A stretch of DNA of 63,980 nucleotides, counting the filler, from Octopus bimaculoides (Eukaryota), in assembly GCF_001194135.2 (NCBI RefSeq). It is 7 parts of 7 records of this genome, joined end to end, with 100 filler letters (N's around TTAATTAATTAA, not from the genome) between each part and the next. Parts side by side here need not be neighbours in the genome. Positions count along the whole stretch, not along the records: positions 1 to 19,046 come from NC_068986.1; 6 more parts are not named here. One strand, given 5' to 3'. Shown one piece after another: positions 1 through 12,308 of the stretch. The translations under genes and the position numbers were made by a program. The notes beneath the pieces were generated by a model. It did not search any database and was not told the origin of the DNA. It saw only the letters and a list, made by a program, of their open reading frames with translations. Position 1 is the stretch's first letter. The number at the start of each line of letters is the position of its first letter.

Positions 1-721
1 TATATATACAATGAAGATAATGGGATATATTGCCCTGGTAGGTACCAAATTTTCTCTGAAATCTGTTTCAGATGCTGGCTAACCAAGACACTCCTGATGT
101 AGTACTCGTGCTAATGAGTTGTTAGGTACTAGTAACTTCTCTCGTTGGGTAATTTTGTGCGTGTACTTCAGGACTGTATATATTCCGAAGAGTACTTAAT
201 AATATTTTTCACATCCAGAAACTTTATTTATCAATTACATAGAGCCTATTCTCCGGATCTACACAGATTTCAACTGCAGAGACTGCTGATGAAGCACGTG
301 CTTTTTAAAAGATATACATTTAAACAATTTAAATAAGCACATCCTACTGTGTATAATTATAATTATAGTAATATATGAGAAACGAAGGCCCCGACACTCC
401 AAAATAAACCAAACATATTAGAATACCTTTACATTCATAATGTACCCTGTGCAATAAGTGGAACAATAGTCTATTAGAAACTGTCTAACTTTGTTAAGGA
501 ATACGTAAATAGAATATTGAACCGGGAATACTAACTACAAATTTATAAAAGTGGAATATCGCGATATTGTGTAATGTACTTTAAAACACTTATATACAAA
601 AACAGATATTGTTATATATTTGCATGCGCATATAAATGAATATATGTATGTCTATATAAACGGAATGCAGATTGATGATACATAAATTATTATTATTACG
701 ACAATTATAAATATATAGGAT

Positions 722-730
722 GATACTTAC
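722..730 (-). promoter_or_regulatory. Putative 5' splice donor in the 3' UTR of GPCR copy 1
   Basis: ACA|GTAAGTA with GT at 730-729, 32 nt after the ancestral stop. The same position is conserved in all five paralogues. Confidence 0.7.
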
Positions 731-762
731 TGTATTGATAAAGTATTGAAACAGCGAAAGCC

Positions 763-1689
763 TTAGTGCGTTATAACCTGGAGCGAATAAACCGTACGTC
801 TGTTTACTGAAGACTCTTTACAAAATATTTGTTTCAGGTTGTCGCGAAAGGATTTGCTTACCCCAACATACAACATGAAGTTGAAAACGTTATTGATACA
901 AGATAACATATTTAAAAAATTGTAGATGACCATATCTTTTTTATTGAGGAAGAATATTATCAGGTAATTAATAGATGAAGGAAATGTGGTTAGGAGAAAG
1001 AGTTAGTTTATTGCAATCACTGCATAAATAGTACTTTTGAACTGTTCTGAAATGTTCCGTTGCAAATGCCGACCGAGGTCTGGTCGATAAAGTATTTTAC
1101 GTAATAAAAGGAAAGAACTTATCATCAAAATCATGCCTGGTGCGAATGAATAAATGATGTGTACAGCAAATAAAATATACGTCTCATTATTTAAAAATTC
1201 TGCTAGCATTGTATACGTAACAGCAACACATACAAGAAGCAGGAGCAGTACAAGAGAAGGTTTATTACGTTGAGAAGAATGAAGTCGTGAAAATGGGCAA
1301 AATATTGCCAGCAGACGTTCTAGAGATATGATAACGGTTATCCAGGAAGAATATATAAATATAGAAGAACTGAAAGCCTCGTATATTTCATTGCTAAAAA
1401 TACCTGAATGTACTGTCTTCGGTTGAGAAGTATTTGAAAACCATATTAGTTTTGGTAGATATAGAGAAATAGCAATGAAATCTACAAGAGCTAAACAATG
1501 AAGATATGGAACAATTTTTGTCTGACGTATTTGTTTCTTGAAAAATATTGCAAAAATTGCTAAATTTCCGACAGATCCAAATATCAGTAAAATTATTGAA
1601 ACATACCGTACAGTTCTAAGTAAATAAATATTTTTATCATTTTCTATCTGACTGCTTTTGGTCAATACTCCCATTTCTGTTTTGTTCAT
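763..1689 (-). pseudogene. Class A orphan/peptide-receptor-like GPCR, copy 1, with one in-frame TAA (1003-1005) in TM6
   Basis: The ORF-track 235 aa protein shows TM1 GSVGN, TM2 YLHCLALVD and TM3 ISLERLLAIFCPF. Manual translation past the TAA continues in frame for 79 codons (LFLLTTFPSSINY...INNVFNFMLYVGVSKSFRDNLKQIFCKESSVNRRTVYSLQVITH*), ending at TAA 763-765 and colinear with copies 3-5. First ATG is at 1689; the track start at 1710 is GTG. Confidence 0.9.
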
Positions 1690-2070
1690 ATTTTCTTGTA
1701 TTTCTTCCACTGGTCAGCCATTCTTGACGACAAAAATAACGAAATGAATCCAATTTCTATTATAAATTTTAAAAGACCCCATACGGCTTCATGCGTTGCT
1801 GTTTAATAACAGTATGTCACATTTAATTCTAATTCGTGTCGAGCGTTATCAGATAAATAAGTCGATAAATTATATCGGTAAATAGATAGATAGATAGGCA
1901 TGTGTATATTTATACGCGTGTGAATACATGTCTAGAGACATCGTTATAATAAAGCCTAGCTTTTTATTGGTTGAGTTCTACTGCTTTTGTAACTAGTACT
2001 ATACTTTAGATGACTGTGACCTTCACATTGGTGATAATGTAGACATCGAAGATAATGACAATGAGGATCT

Positions 2071-2103
<33 letters not shown>

Positions 2104-2289
2104 CGATGGTGATGGTGATGTCTATTGGAAGTAAAAATCACTACTATGATGACGATGAAATTGTAAAGATGATTATGCTGTTTGGTTGATGTTGATGATA
2201 TAAAGTTTTTAACAGCATGTACAACGATATGTCAAAGGAAGTATGAATTAATCAATTATTGCTTTCGTTTGCAAAGAGATTACAATACT

Positions 2290-2322
2290 TCCTGCCAATG
2301 GTTTGAACACTGTTAAGTAACT
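2290..2322. promoter_or_regulatory. Conserved 33-bp upstream element of the GPCR cassette (copy 1)
   Basis: TCCTGCCAATGGTTTGAACACTGTTAAGTAACT aligns without gaps to 13840-13872 and 18596-18628. Confidence 0.55.
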
Positions 2323-5054
2323 GCAACTGCAGTTGTTCGGGTGTGGTCTTACTTTAAGCTTCTGCAAGTTTTAACAAAATATATTATTTGTTTAATGTAT
2401 ATGTCACACGGTTATTCAATGAAACCACGTTCAAATATAATTACTGTCTCATACGACTTGTGAAACGACTAATTGCATCGATTACGTGCCCTTCGATATT
2501 ATAACTCATAATTTAACCCCTGGTAGACATGAATGACTCCTAATGTTGCGAGCATGTTTAATTGAGTACTGCTCGATGATGCCCCAGCCTTAGTAGTCCA
2601 AGTGGTTTAAATCAGGAGACATTGGAAGTGGAATGTAGGTTGTGTGAGACCGAGTAGATTCATAATAGAATATGTACGGCGTCACAAAGGGTAACTCTCT
2701 CAATACAGAGCTTGAGAAACGACTCTATTGTCAGGATGTAATCTACATGATTGATGCATTACTGGCGAAACGTGACGTAGCACAACATGGAAGTCATCGC
2801 TAACGTCACGACGATGAGTTCCTTCTATTTCATTTGGAATCGACCGCAATTGTGTAAATCTGAAAGCCGTGGTAAACTGGCCAGACGGTATAGGGCAGGC
2901 ATTTTTAGGCCACATTTTCTAGGTCTCTCCCTTACTGGGGTGAGCAGTGCATTCCTAAAAACGCTACTCAGTCGTCTGGAACGTTGCCGAAATCCTCCTC
3001 TACCCCGACTTCAAAGAATAACGACCAAAGTCCCAAACCGCCTGCATCAGGTTTGTGACTAAGACTTCCGATGGCTACCTCCACCTGTCACTTTCACCAT
3101 TACTCCGTCACTGCAGGGCTTCAGTGGAAAGTTGGGGCTGAAATACGCAGATACCCGTGTGAGAGGTTGATTAAAGTGGATGAGTCGTTGTACTCAGACA
3201 ATCCTACTCTCTCAACAGAATAAACTCTGATCCAGTGGCACGGAGATCCATTACATCGGGAGACCTCCATGCTGCTGTGAATGACAAGGGCGTCTTCGTC
3301 TTTTGTTTTGCTCTAAACGCTACACGACGCCTGCTGGAACCGCTTTTATAACTGTTGGGCCACTTTTAATTTCATCGGCCGAATCTGCCCGAACCAGTCT
3401 TCACATGTCAAGGGTAGGCAAACCCTGAACAACTCACGAGGGTGTTTGGTCAGTCGGCTGTTACATGCAAACAGATACGAGGAGCCATAGGTGAGTGCTG
3501 CGAAGAGTCAAGTGGGGTATCAAGATGGGCAGACTAATCCTAAAAGGCTGCGAAAATCCCCTATCAGAGGTGCTACTCTCACCCAACTCTCTCATACAAA
3601 TTTAAAACACGCTACATGTATGTTATAGATATAAAATAAATAAAAAGAAGTAACATATATCTATCTATATAAAATATATGTAAAACAACGAATATAAAAT
3701 ATACAATATATACATATATATCACACAAACACCCCCCCCCCCCACACACACACACACAGAGGCATGCAGAGGCAGACACGCACGCATGAACACACACATT
3801 GCTGAATGACCGTTGACTACTTATTAGTTCGTCTACCCCTGAAACTGTCAAATATGGGCTCAATATAGTTCCTTGTGGAACATGACTGTTGAATTCTGCA
3901 GGGACAAAATGTTGATATTTTTCAATAGGAAACGTGAAATTCAGTACTGTATCCTGCCACGGATTTCATTTTCCGGCAATGTAAATAGTACGGGATATAA
4001 CACCAGTTATTTAGCTTGCTCCAGAAACTTTAAGTATATTGTTTAGTAGAGGCTCTCTTAGGTAGTTCGAAAACGTATCTGGTTTGGATTATGTGATGTT
4101 TACTCAACCGAGAACGAGTTATTGTTGATACCATGACCCTTTTGTGAGAGGAGAGTGAGAGTTGTGATAGTTAACTACAAGTGATGTTACTCTTTTTGAA
4201 AACTGAAATGATATCGTAATGAGAATTGCTTCGATGTTCAGTCTAACAAAATTCTGCAGTGGCTGTCTATAGGAGAAGCAATTCAGCGACCGTATTCCTT
4301 CAGGAGACTAGAGGAGAATCTAACAGAGATATTTCTATGGGAAAATTCCCTGCTATTCAGATTCACTGCCAAATAATCATAGTTCGCTTCATTTATTGCT
4401 ACAATGATGGCTGAAAGTTATGCCTGGGTTAATATGTTGTGTGTTGAGTTCTCGAATTATTGACGTCTAGATCGGTGAAACCGCTAAAGATAGAGAAATG
4501 TTGTTTCTGCAGGATCCGTTGCATTACATTAGCTCCCTAATGAACAATAATTTCAGTATATATATTTCACTACTTAGAGGAGAAATGAGCTAACAATGGG
4601 TCTATGATTGTGGTCAACCGAATAAGACACTTTGGAATTGTGCGTCCACTTTTAATAACCCAGATCAATTTCCTGGTTTCTGCAGATGTTTTTGCATCTC
4701 ACGATTACTTATTGCTTTAGAGGCTGTCAAGGCCAATATTTTAGTTCAGCGCTGTTTTTATTCAGTTTTCGAGTTTTTTCTTATGATTGCCTATTACTGT
4801 ATTCGATGTCCCTTCATATGATGCTAACAGACAGTTAGCTGTTTTTAGGGTATTTGAAAATAAATTCAGATGACAAAAAATATTAATATAAACATGTGTA
4901 TGAGTGAGTGAGTCGCTCAATATGAATGACGTTTACGTTGCGGAGAAAAACTGAAATGAAAGATAGATTAATAAATAAGTAAATATTAACTATAAAACAA
5001 AACCATATAGGAAGATACTTACTGAAACGATGAAATACTTAAATAGTGAAAGCC

Positions 5055-5966
5055 TTACTTCATTGTAACCTGTAAGGGATACGCTGTACTTCTGTTCACT
5101 GAGGTCTCTTTACAATAAATTTGATTAAATTTGTTACGAAATGATTTGCTTACCTTAACATACACAATGAAGGTGAAAACATTATTGATACAATTTATCA
5201 TATTCTAAAACATGGAGAGGATCTTATTTCGTTGGTTTTTTTTATTGAGATTACGAAGTAATAAATAGAAGCAACAAAGGATAGCAGAAAAAATTGTGTT
5301 TATTGCGATGACGACATAAACACAATATTTTGTCTGTCCTGTAGCATTCAGTTCATAATGCTGATAGAGGTCTGGTCGATAGAGTATTTTATGTACCAGC
5401 AAAATAGAGCTGATTATTACAATCATAGCTTGTATGGATGAAAAATAAAGAATACAGCGCAGAGAATATACAATTCATTCTCCAAAAATACTGTCAGCAT
5501 TGCGTTCATGACAGTAAAAGATAATAGAATCAACAACAGTACAATGTAAGGCTTATAATTTGTGAAGAATGAAGTCTGGAAAATGGGCAAGAAATAGCTA
5601 ATAGACGTTCAATAGATATTGTAACTGTTATTCAGGAGGAATATATATGTATAACGAAAATGTGAAGTTTATATATATTTCACTCTTGAAAATTCTTCTA
5701 AGTGCCGGGTTAAATTGAAAGTCAGTTGACTGCCATATCAAATGTGCGAAAAACAACTAAATAGCAATGAAATCTGCAAGAGCCAAACAATGAAGATATG
5801 GAATAATTTTAGTTTGACGCATTTTCTTCCTACAAAATATTGCGATGAGTGCTAAATTTCCAATTGATCCAGAAGCCAGTGAATAAAATTGTCCTAACAA
5901 AAATACATTTGTATGATTTATTGCCTGGCGGCTATTGGCCATTGCCTCCATTTCTGTATTGTTCAT
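5055..5966 (-). pseudogene. GPCR copy 2, decayed pseudogene
   Basis: Homologous to the other copies, with these lesions: shortened TM1, TAG at 5757-5759 (Trp position), AT-repeat frameshift near 5645, TGA at 5632-5634 (Trp position), a second frameshift near 5430, and TAG at 5205-5207. The C-terminus ...KETSVNRSTAYPLQVTMK* is still recognisable. Confidence 0.9.
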
Positions 5967-6180
5967 ATTTTGTTCCAAAAATCTACAGGCTAGACAATCT
6001 TGAAGCAGGAATAAGTAAGTGTGATTAATTCCTATTATAAAGCATATTTACAATTTCGCTGAAAATTCCATCCCTGGCCGTTTAATATCTGTATATTTCA
6101 TGTAACTCTAATTCATGGTAAACTTGTGCATGCGAATATTATAAACCATAGATGCATTATTGGATAAATAGATGGGATGT

Positions 6181-6187
6181 ACGTATG

Positions 6188-6258
<71 letters not shown>

Positions 6259-6277
6259 ATGTATGCATACGTACATC

Positions 6278-6341
<64 letters not shown>

Positions 6342-6351
6342 ATATCTATCT
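6181..6351. repeat. Representative compound microsatellite (CA/TA/TG/TCTA); dozens of similar tracts flank most gaps
   Basis: Directly visible. These tracts produce the spurious YIYI/THTH/VCVC ORFs in the track. Confidence 0.95.
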
Positions 6352-6814
6352 ANNNNNNNNNNNNNNNNNNNNNNNNNNNNNNNNNNNNNNNNNNNNNNNN
6401 NNNNNNNNNNNNNNNNNNNNNNNNNNNNNNNNNNNNNNNNNNNNNNNNNNNNNNNNNNNNNNNNNNNNNNNNNNNNNNNATATATCAGTATATATATATA
6501 TATATATATATAAATGTATAGAAGTGTAAATACCAACACTGGGCTTAAGCAAAACATAGTTTACGAAGAAGCATTGTCGGCTTCACTTTACATATGTTGA
6601 AGTGTGCAGTCTCCCAAAACATTAGAGATGATGCTTTTCACAATGAAGCAGCTTTCTTTCCCTGTACCTTAGTTTCTGCAATACCGATAACTCTACGTTC
6701 TCATACGTCATCTAATTGTTTACATCCATATGTCTAGGTCATTTTAGTGACAAAGTTAGGATCTCGTTCTAATCTAAGCTGCCTTTCTACATGCTTTTGG
6801 TGTCAACAATTTCA

Positions 6815-6968
6815 GCATTTATCTTATTTACATTTGACCGGTATTTATCATAATCTTGTTTGTTGTTAACACAACGTTTCGGCTGATATACTCTCCAGCC
6901 TTCATCAGGTGCCTTGGGGAAATTTCGAACCTCGGTTCTCCTTCCTAAGGTATGTTTCGATGATATTA

Positions 6969-7038
<70 letters not shown>

Positions 7039-7185
7039 TCAGGTCACTGCTTGGAATCAAACTCAGGATCTTGGGATTAGTAGCCCGCTCTCTTAACGAC
7101 TACGCAATGCACCAATCAAATGTAAATAATGCAAATAATATACATAACGTACATAATTCATCATCTCTTAAATATAGAACTGAAT
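6815..7185 (-). mobile_element. Penelope-like element end (non-autonomous) with (ATT)n tract and partially inverted terminus
   Basis: Contains CCTGATGAAGG...CCGAAACGTTG, the typical Penelope-type terminal motif. TCAAATGTAAATAA occurs inverted at both ends. A related copy lies at 39585-39990. Confidence 0.6.
6868..6913 (-). ncRNA. Minimal type-I hammerhead ribozyme (Penelope-type)
   Basis: RNA GGCAC-CUGAUGA-A-GGCUG-GAGAGUAUAU-CAGCC-GAAA-CGU-U^-GUGUU. It has an intact core, a 5-bp stem I (GGCAC/GUGUU), a 5-bp stem II, and a palindromic ACGU stem III. Confidence 0.7.
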
Positions 7186-8061
7186 TTCAGCATTGTTCAT
7201 CACAAAATGACCGAAAAACATGTTTATAGAGAGGAGTTCATTGCTTCACACTCCTAACGTGCCGATTCTGCCGATAAGAAAAAGAAAAAACAAATAATAA
7301 AATGTGGCTGTAGTTCATTGGTAGTTAAGTATGAAATATATCTATCTATCTCTCTTTCTCAATATATAAATATATATATAATAAGGTATAATGGATACAT
7401 ATGTATATATATATATATATATATNNNNNNNNNNNNNNNNNNNNNNNNNNNNNNNNNNNNNNNNNNNNNNNNNNNNNNNNNNNNNNNNNNNNNNNNNNNN
7501 NNNNNNNNNNNNNNNNNNNNNNNNNNNNNNNNNNNNNNNNNNNNNNNNNNNNNNNNNNNNNNNNNNNNNNNNNNNNNNNNNNNNNNNNNNNNNNNNNNNN
7601 NNNNNNNNNNNNNNNNNNNNNNNNNNNNNNNNNNNNNNNNNNNNNNNNNNNNNNNNNNNNNNNNNNNNNNNNNNNNNNNNNNNNNNNNNNNNNNNNNNNN
7701 NNNNNNNNNNNNNNNNNNNNNNNNNNNNNNNNNNNNNNNNNNNNNNNNNNNNNNNNNNNNNNNNNNNNNNNNNNNNNNNNNNNNNNNNNNNNNNNNNNNN
7801 NNNNNNNNNNNNNNNNNNNNNNNNNNNNNNNNNNNNNNNNNNNNNNNNNNNNNNNNNNNNNNNNNNNNNNNNNNNNNNNNNNNNNNNNNNNNNNNNNNNN
7901 NNNNNNNNNNNNNNNNNNNNNNNNNNNNNNNNNNNNNNNNNNNNNNNNNNNNNNNNNNNNNNNNNNNNNNNNNNNNNNNNNNNNNNNNNNNNNNNNNNNN
8001 NNNNNNNNNNNNNNNNNNNNNNNNNNNNNNNNNNNNNNNNNNNNNNNNNNNNNNNNNNNNN

Positions 8062-8115
<54 letters not shown>

Positions 8116-9091
8116 GTTCATATACATACATATGTACACACACACATATATATATACATACATGCACACATATATACACACATACACATACATATACATA
8201 GACACATATATGCATATTCATACATTTGTACGCATATATACGCGATGGTCGTGTGGTGATGAATATTAAGGCAGTGCTATATGCATAGGAAAATGATGCT
8301 TATATTAACTAGTAAGATATTAAGTGAATGACAATGTATAAAGATGATGGATGGTCTATTAATCTAAAGAGAAAGATTGTGTTGTTAAGTTAGATGGAAA
8401 TTAGAGGGGACCAAAAAAGGTGGTTAAACGAGTAAAAGTTACTTGTATAAACTAAGTTATTATTATTACCAAAGTTTATATCGATAATCACGCTCTATAT
8501 TTGTCGGTGCAGGGGTTTTCCAATAGATAAAATAAAATAAAATTGTTTGTGGTGCAGTATTTTATAAGTAATAAAGCAGGGAGAAGAAAATATTTATATG
8601 TTTTGAATTCATCTTACGATAAAAGTAAACAAATGAACTAAGATTGCTTTCATAATCTTAGATATGTCTAAGAAAGTTAAAGAAGACAATTAAAATTTCC
8701 AGACGCAGAAGAGTGGGACTAATATAAACTAAACAGGATAAATAACTCCTATCTTTGCTAAAGAAAGTGAAAGCAGCAAGTGAAGGAGATGGAGGTACGA
8801 AAGGGCAACGAAATCAAAGGATTAAGGTTATTGGAGCACAACGTATTGAACATAGTTGGAAGTAATGTTTATGTTCAGTTAAACTGAAAGTAATGTTTAA
8901 GTTCATGTTTATAGACGTGCTGGTTGTCCTAATTTGGGTTCAAAAGATGGAGAGTGTTCAGATAACATATATCAAGTGAAACAAGGAACAAAAAAAAACA
9001 TATTACTTAATATATGTTTAAATAATGAATATAGAAACAATTATATAGGTTAATTCTTACAGAATGGTGATGAACTCCAATAGCGACAACC

Positions 9092-10027
9092 TTAGTAAGT
9101 TGTGTACTGCAACGAATATACTGCGTTTCTGTTCATAGAAGTCTCCTTACAACATATTCCTTTCAAGTTCTGGCGAAATGATTTGCTTACTGCCGCGTAT
9201 AAAACAATGTTGATAGCGTTATTAACACACGCTAGCATATCCAAGAATGTATATAATACGCAATCACTTTGTGACTGAAAAACCATTAGAAAGTAATATA
9301 TAGATATAGGAAAAGTTGTAAACAAAAACACACTATTAATTGTTATCACCAGGTAAACAGAATTTTTTGACAGTGATGTAGATCTTCGTTGAACATTCTG
9401 GCCAAGATTCGAAGGCTGGAGTATTTTATGAATCATGAGAATAGACATGAAGAATAATACTATAGCAGGTAGAAACGAATATAATACGATTGCAACACAC
9501 ATTTTGTAATCATGATTGTTTATAAGCATCGTAGACATTGCATAAGTTACAGCAACGCAGAAAAAAAGAGCAAACAATACGATGTAAGGTTTATATCGTC
9601 CAGAAGAGTAAATTTTGGAAAAGGGATACAAAATTGCTCCCAGCCGTTCAATTGATATGAGTACCGTAATCCAGGAGGAATATGCATTGAAGAATAATGA
9701 GATGGTCTCATAAGTTCGACTGGAAAAAATATTGGTGTCTGAAGCCAATAATTGTAGAGAATAAGATAACTGTATGATTCTCGGACAGTTCAAACAAATC
9801 GAAATCATATCTACAGAAACTAGACATAGGAGATATGGAATGACTTTATTCTTACGCATATTCTTCCTGCAAAATGTTGCAATGGCTGCTATATTCCCGA
9901 TAGTTCCAAAAGTAAATATCATTATACAACCATATCTTATGGACGTGATGAAATAAATATTTGCATCATGATTAACTTTCAGGCTATTGTTTGTCATTGT
10001 ATCCTTTTTAGTTATGTTATTTTCCAT
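9092..10027 (-). CDS. Class A GPCR copy 3, intact, 311 aa (FMRFamide-receptor/chemoreceptor-like orphan)
   Basis: Uninterrupted ORF with 7 hydrophobic segments and the motifs GTIGN, YLLCLVSVD, ISIERLGAILYPF and NNAINIVLY. N-terminal N-x-S/T sequons are present. Confidence 0.9.
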   Translation of the reverse strand: MENNITKKDTMTNNSLKVNHDANIYFITSIRYGCIMIFTFGTIGNIAAIATFCRKNMRKNKVIPYLLCLVSVDMISICLNCPRIIQLSYSLQLLASDTNIFSSRTYETISLFFNAYSSWITVLISIERLGAILYPFSKIYSSGRYKPYIVLFALFFCVAVTYAMSTMLINNHDYKMCVAIVLYSFLPAIVLFFMSILMIHKILQPSNLGQNVQRRSTSLSKNSVYLVITINSVFLFTTFPISIYYFLMVFQSQSDCVLYTFLDMLACVNNAINIVLYAAVSKSFRQNLKGICCKETSMNRNAVYSLQYTTY

Positions 10028-10207
10028 TATACAACTCGTAGAGCATTCTTGGCAAAACTGAATAAAATTTTACCTTGTTTTTCAATAATTGTTACTTTCC
10101 AGATTCTATTCTTTATCTCAACAATAATTGCGCAACGTTTTAAACCAAATGAAAATTGAATATATATATATACTCATCACTAGCCATATACATGTGTATA
10201 TATACAT

Positions 10208-10253
<46 letters not shown>

Positions 10254-11577
10254 GGGGGGTGTATGGGGGTGCGTGTGTATGTTCTGTGTGTGTAGATGTC
10301 AGAACAGATTTTTGTGTTAGAAAAATGGTTATTCACGTGAAAATTGTGTTGAAAGTGTTTCTACATCCCTTTTAATCTTATTGTGAAATACACGTTTACC
10401 TTGTTCTTTATTACGATCTTATTTAAGCCTCGTTTTTAGTTCACGTTAATGGTACTTACGAAACGACGCTTTATTGAATGAATACATAGTTTAATTATGT
10501 CTTAACTTCAGTGATTAGTCTCATTTATATAGTACGGAGATGGGTTTGGAAGCGAATAGATTCATTGCTTATACAATAACAGATATTTGAATGCAGATAC
10601 GTATAATGAGAAAGAAGTTGACAGAGAAGGAGTTGGAGAGTGAAAGTTAGAGAACGTGGATGTTTTGCAGAGAGAGAGAGAGAGAGAATGTGACAGAGAG
10701 CAGGACACGTTGAGAGACAGGGAGACGAAGTGAAAGCGTAGGTGAAATAGGAAGAGACACACCTAATGTAAAAAATAGGCGTTTTCTCATTCATTTAACT
10801 TCTAATAAATCTCCTTGAGTCTCATTGGTTCAACTTCTAATTTATCTCCTGATGACAGTGATGATGACGATAAAGAAGAGTGATGTCGGCGATGACAATC
10901 AATAGGAATATAATGACGATTAACGCGATAATGATGATGATGATGAGGAGGCGGAGACGGATCTAGTTGGTTACATTTCTTGGGATTTTCGACATTGTTA
11001 CTCATGACCATTTCAAATACTTAGAAAATACGAGATTCGATTGCCGAATACCATGTTATGGACCACGAAAAGAGATATTTGCGACTTGATTGTTGTACGA
11101 GCGGATATAGGCACAATTCATGCATTGTAGTTCAGTAGCAAATCTGCTGTAGTTTAAGAAGAGTGTTATCCTGTTTCAAATATTTGCAGGATGAGTCACA
11201 TAAGAAAAGATAAAATCACTTCATTAATATTATACAAGAAAAGAGTCGCAGATTTAAAAGAAACAGTAATAACATGTAACACTAATGTGACAGTGAAGAT
11301 ATATCGAGAAAATCCAAGTTACCGCCCTAGGTAGCTGTCTATGATATATTGAATCGGCTTCAACACTGCAACAGAGAGTCACTACTTGTGATATTATTAA
11401 ATTGAGTTACACAATATTTTCTAACGCTGCTTTGGAAAATACAAGCAAATTATTGTATCAAACCACATATCAAATAATCATAAACGGAAAATGTCGACAT
11501 TTAATATATTGCAATATAGTATATAAATGTTTATACACGAAATGTATGTACACACACGCACACACACACACATGCAT

Positions 11578-11653
<76 letters not shown>

Positions 11654-11677
11654 ATATATTTATATATTTATACATAA

Positions 11678-11838
11678 GCGCAGGAATGGCTGTGTGGTAC
11701 ATAGCTTGCTTCCTAACCATATGGTTCCGTGTTCAGTCCCACTGCGTGGCAATTTTGTCGAGTGTCTTCTACTATAACTTCGGGCCGACCAAAACCTAGT
11801 GAGTGGATTTGGTAGAGGAAAGCTCAAAGAAAACCGTC

Positions 11839-11924
<86 letters not shown>

Positions 11925-12143
11925 GTTAGTGCTTGTTGTTTGTGTCTGTTTTTATCACCCCACCATCGCTTCACAATCGATGTTGGTGTGTTTACGTTCC
12001 CATCACCTAGCAGTTCGGCAAAATAGAATGAGAACTAGGCTTGCAAAGAATAAGTTCTGGGATCGATTTATTCGATTAAATGAATTGCTCCAGCATGGCC
12101 GCAGTTAATTGACTGAAACAAATAAAAGAATAAAAGAAAAGAA
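11678..12143 (+). mobile_element. tRNA-derived octopod SINE, near full length, with internal (AT)n
   Basis: Head GCGCAGGAATGGCTGTGTGG...GTTCAGTCCCACTGCG and tail CTCCAGCATGGCCGCAGT...GACTGAAAC. Many further copies occur in the window. Confidence 0.85.
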
Positions 12144-12308
12144 TGTTAAAAATATGAATAAATGTGTATATAAATGACCCATATGATGAGAAGGGAAAAA
12201 ATGAAAGCGAGATATGATTAATAAGTATGTAAACAAAAATATAAGGACAGATATAGAAATATATGTAGATACTTACTGGATCGCTTATGTGCTCAATTAG
12301 CGAAAACC

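Noticed and set aside
288-320. CTGATGA followed by the palindrome AGCACGTGCT (hammerhead-like)
   Set aside because: There is no GAAA or stem III downstream; at best a dead relic.
2700-3560. GC-richer 850-bp block with short ORFs (2700-2915, 2787-3062)
   Set aside because: It looks like a decayed TE, but no diagnostic motif could be recognised by eye; it needs tblastx against repeat libraries.
3900-4800. Faint Merlin/IS1595-like transposase words on the minus strand (HINPGIT, HHL.VNYH)
   Set aside because: Too fragmentary and frameshifted to support without a profile search.
5632-5759. TGG-to-TAG/TGA stops in GPCR copy 2 that A-to-I editing could repair
   Set aside because: Frameshifts and a TM1 deletion make rescue impossible.
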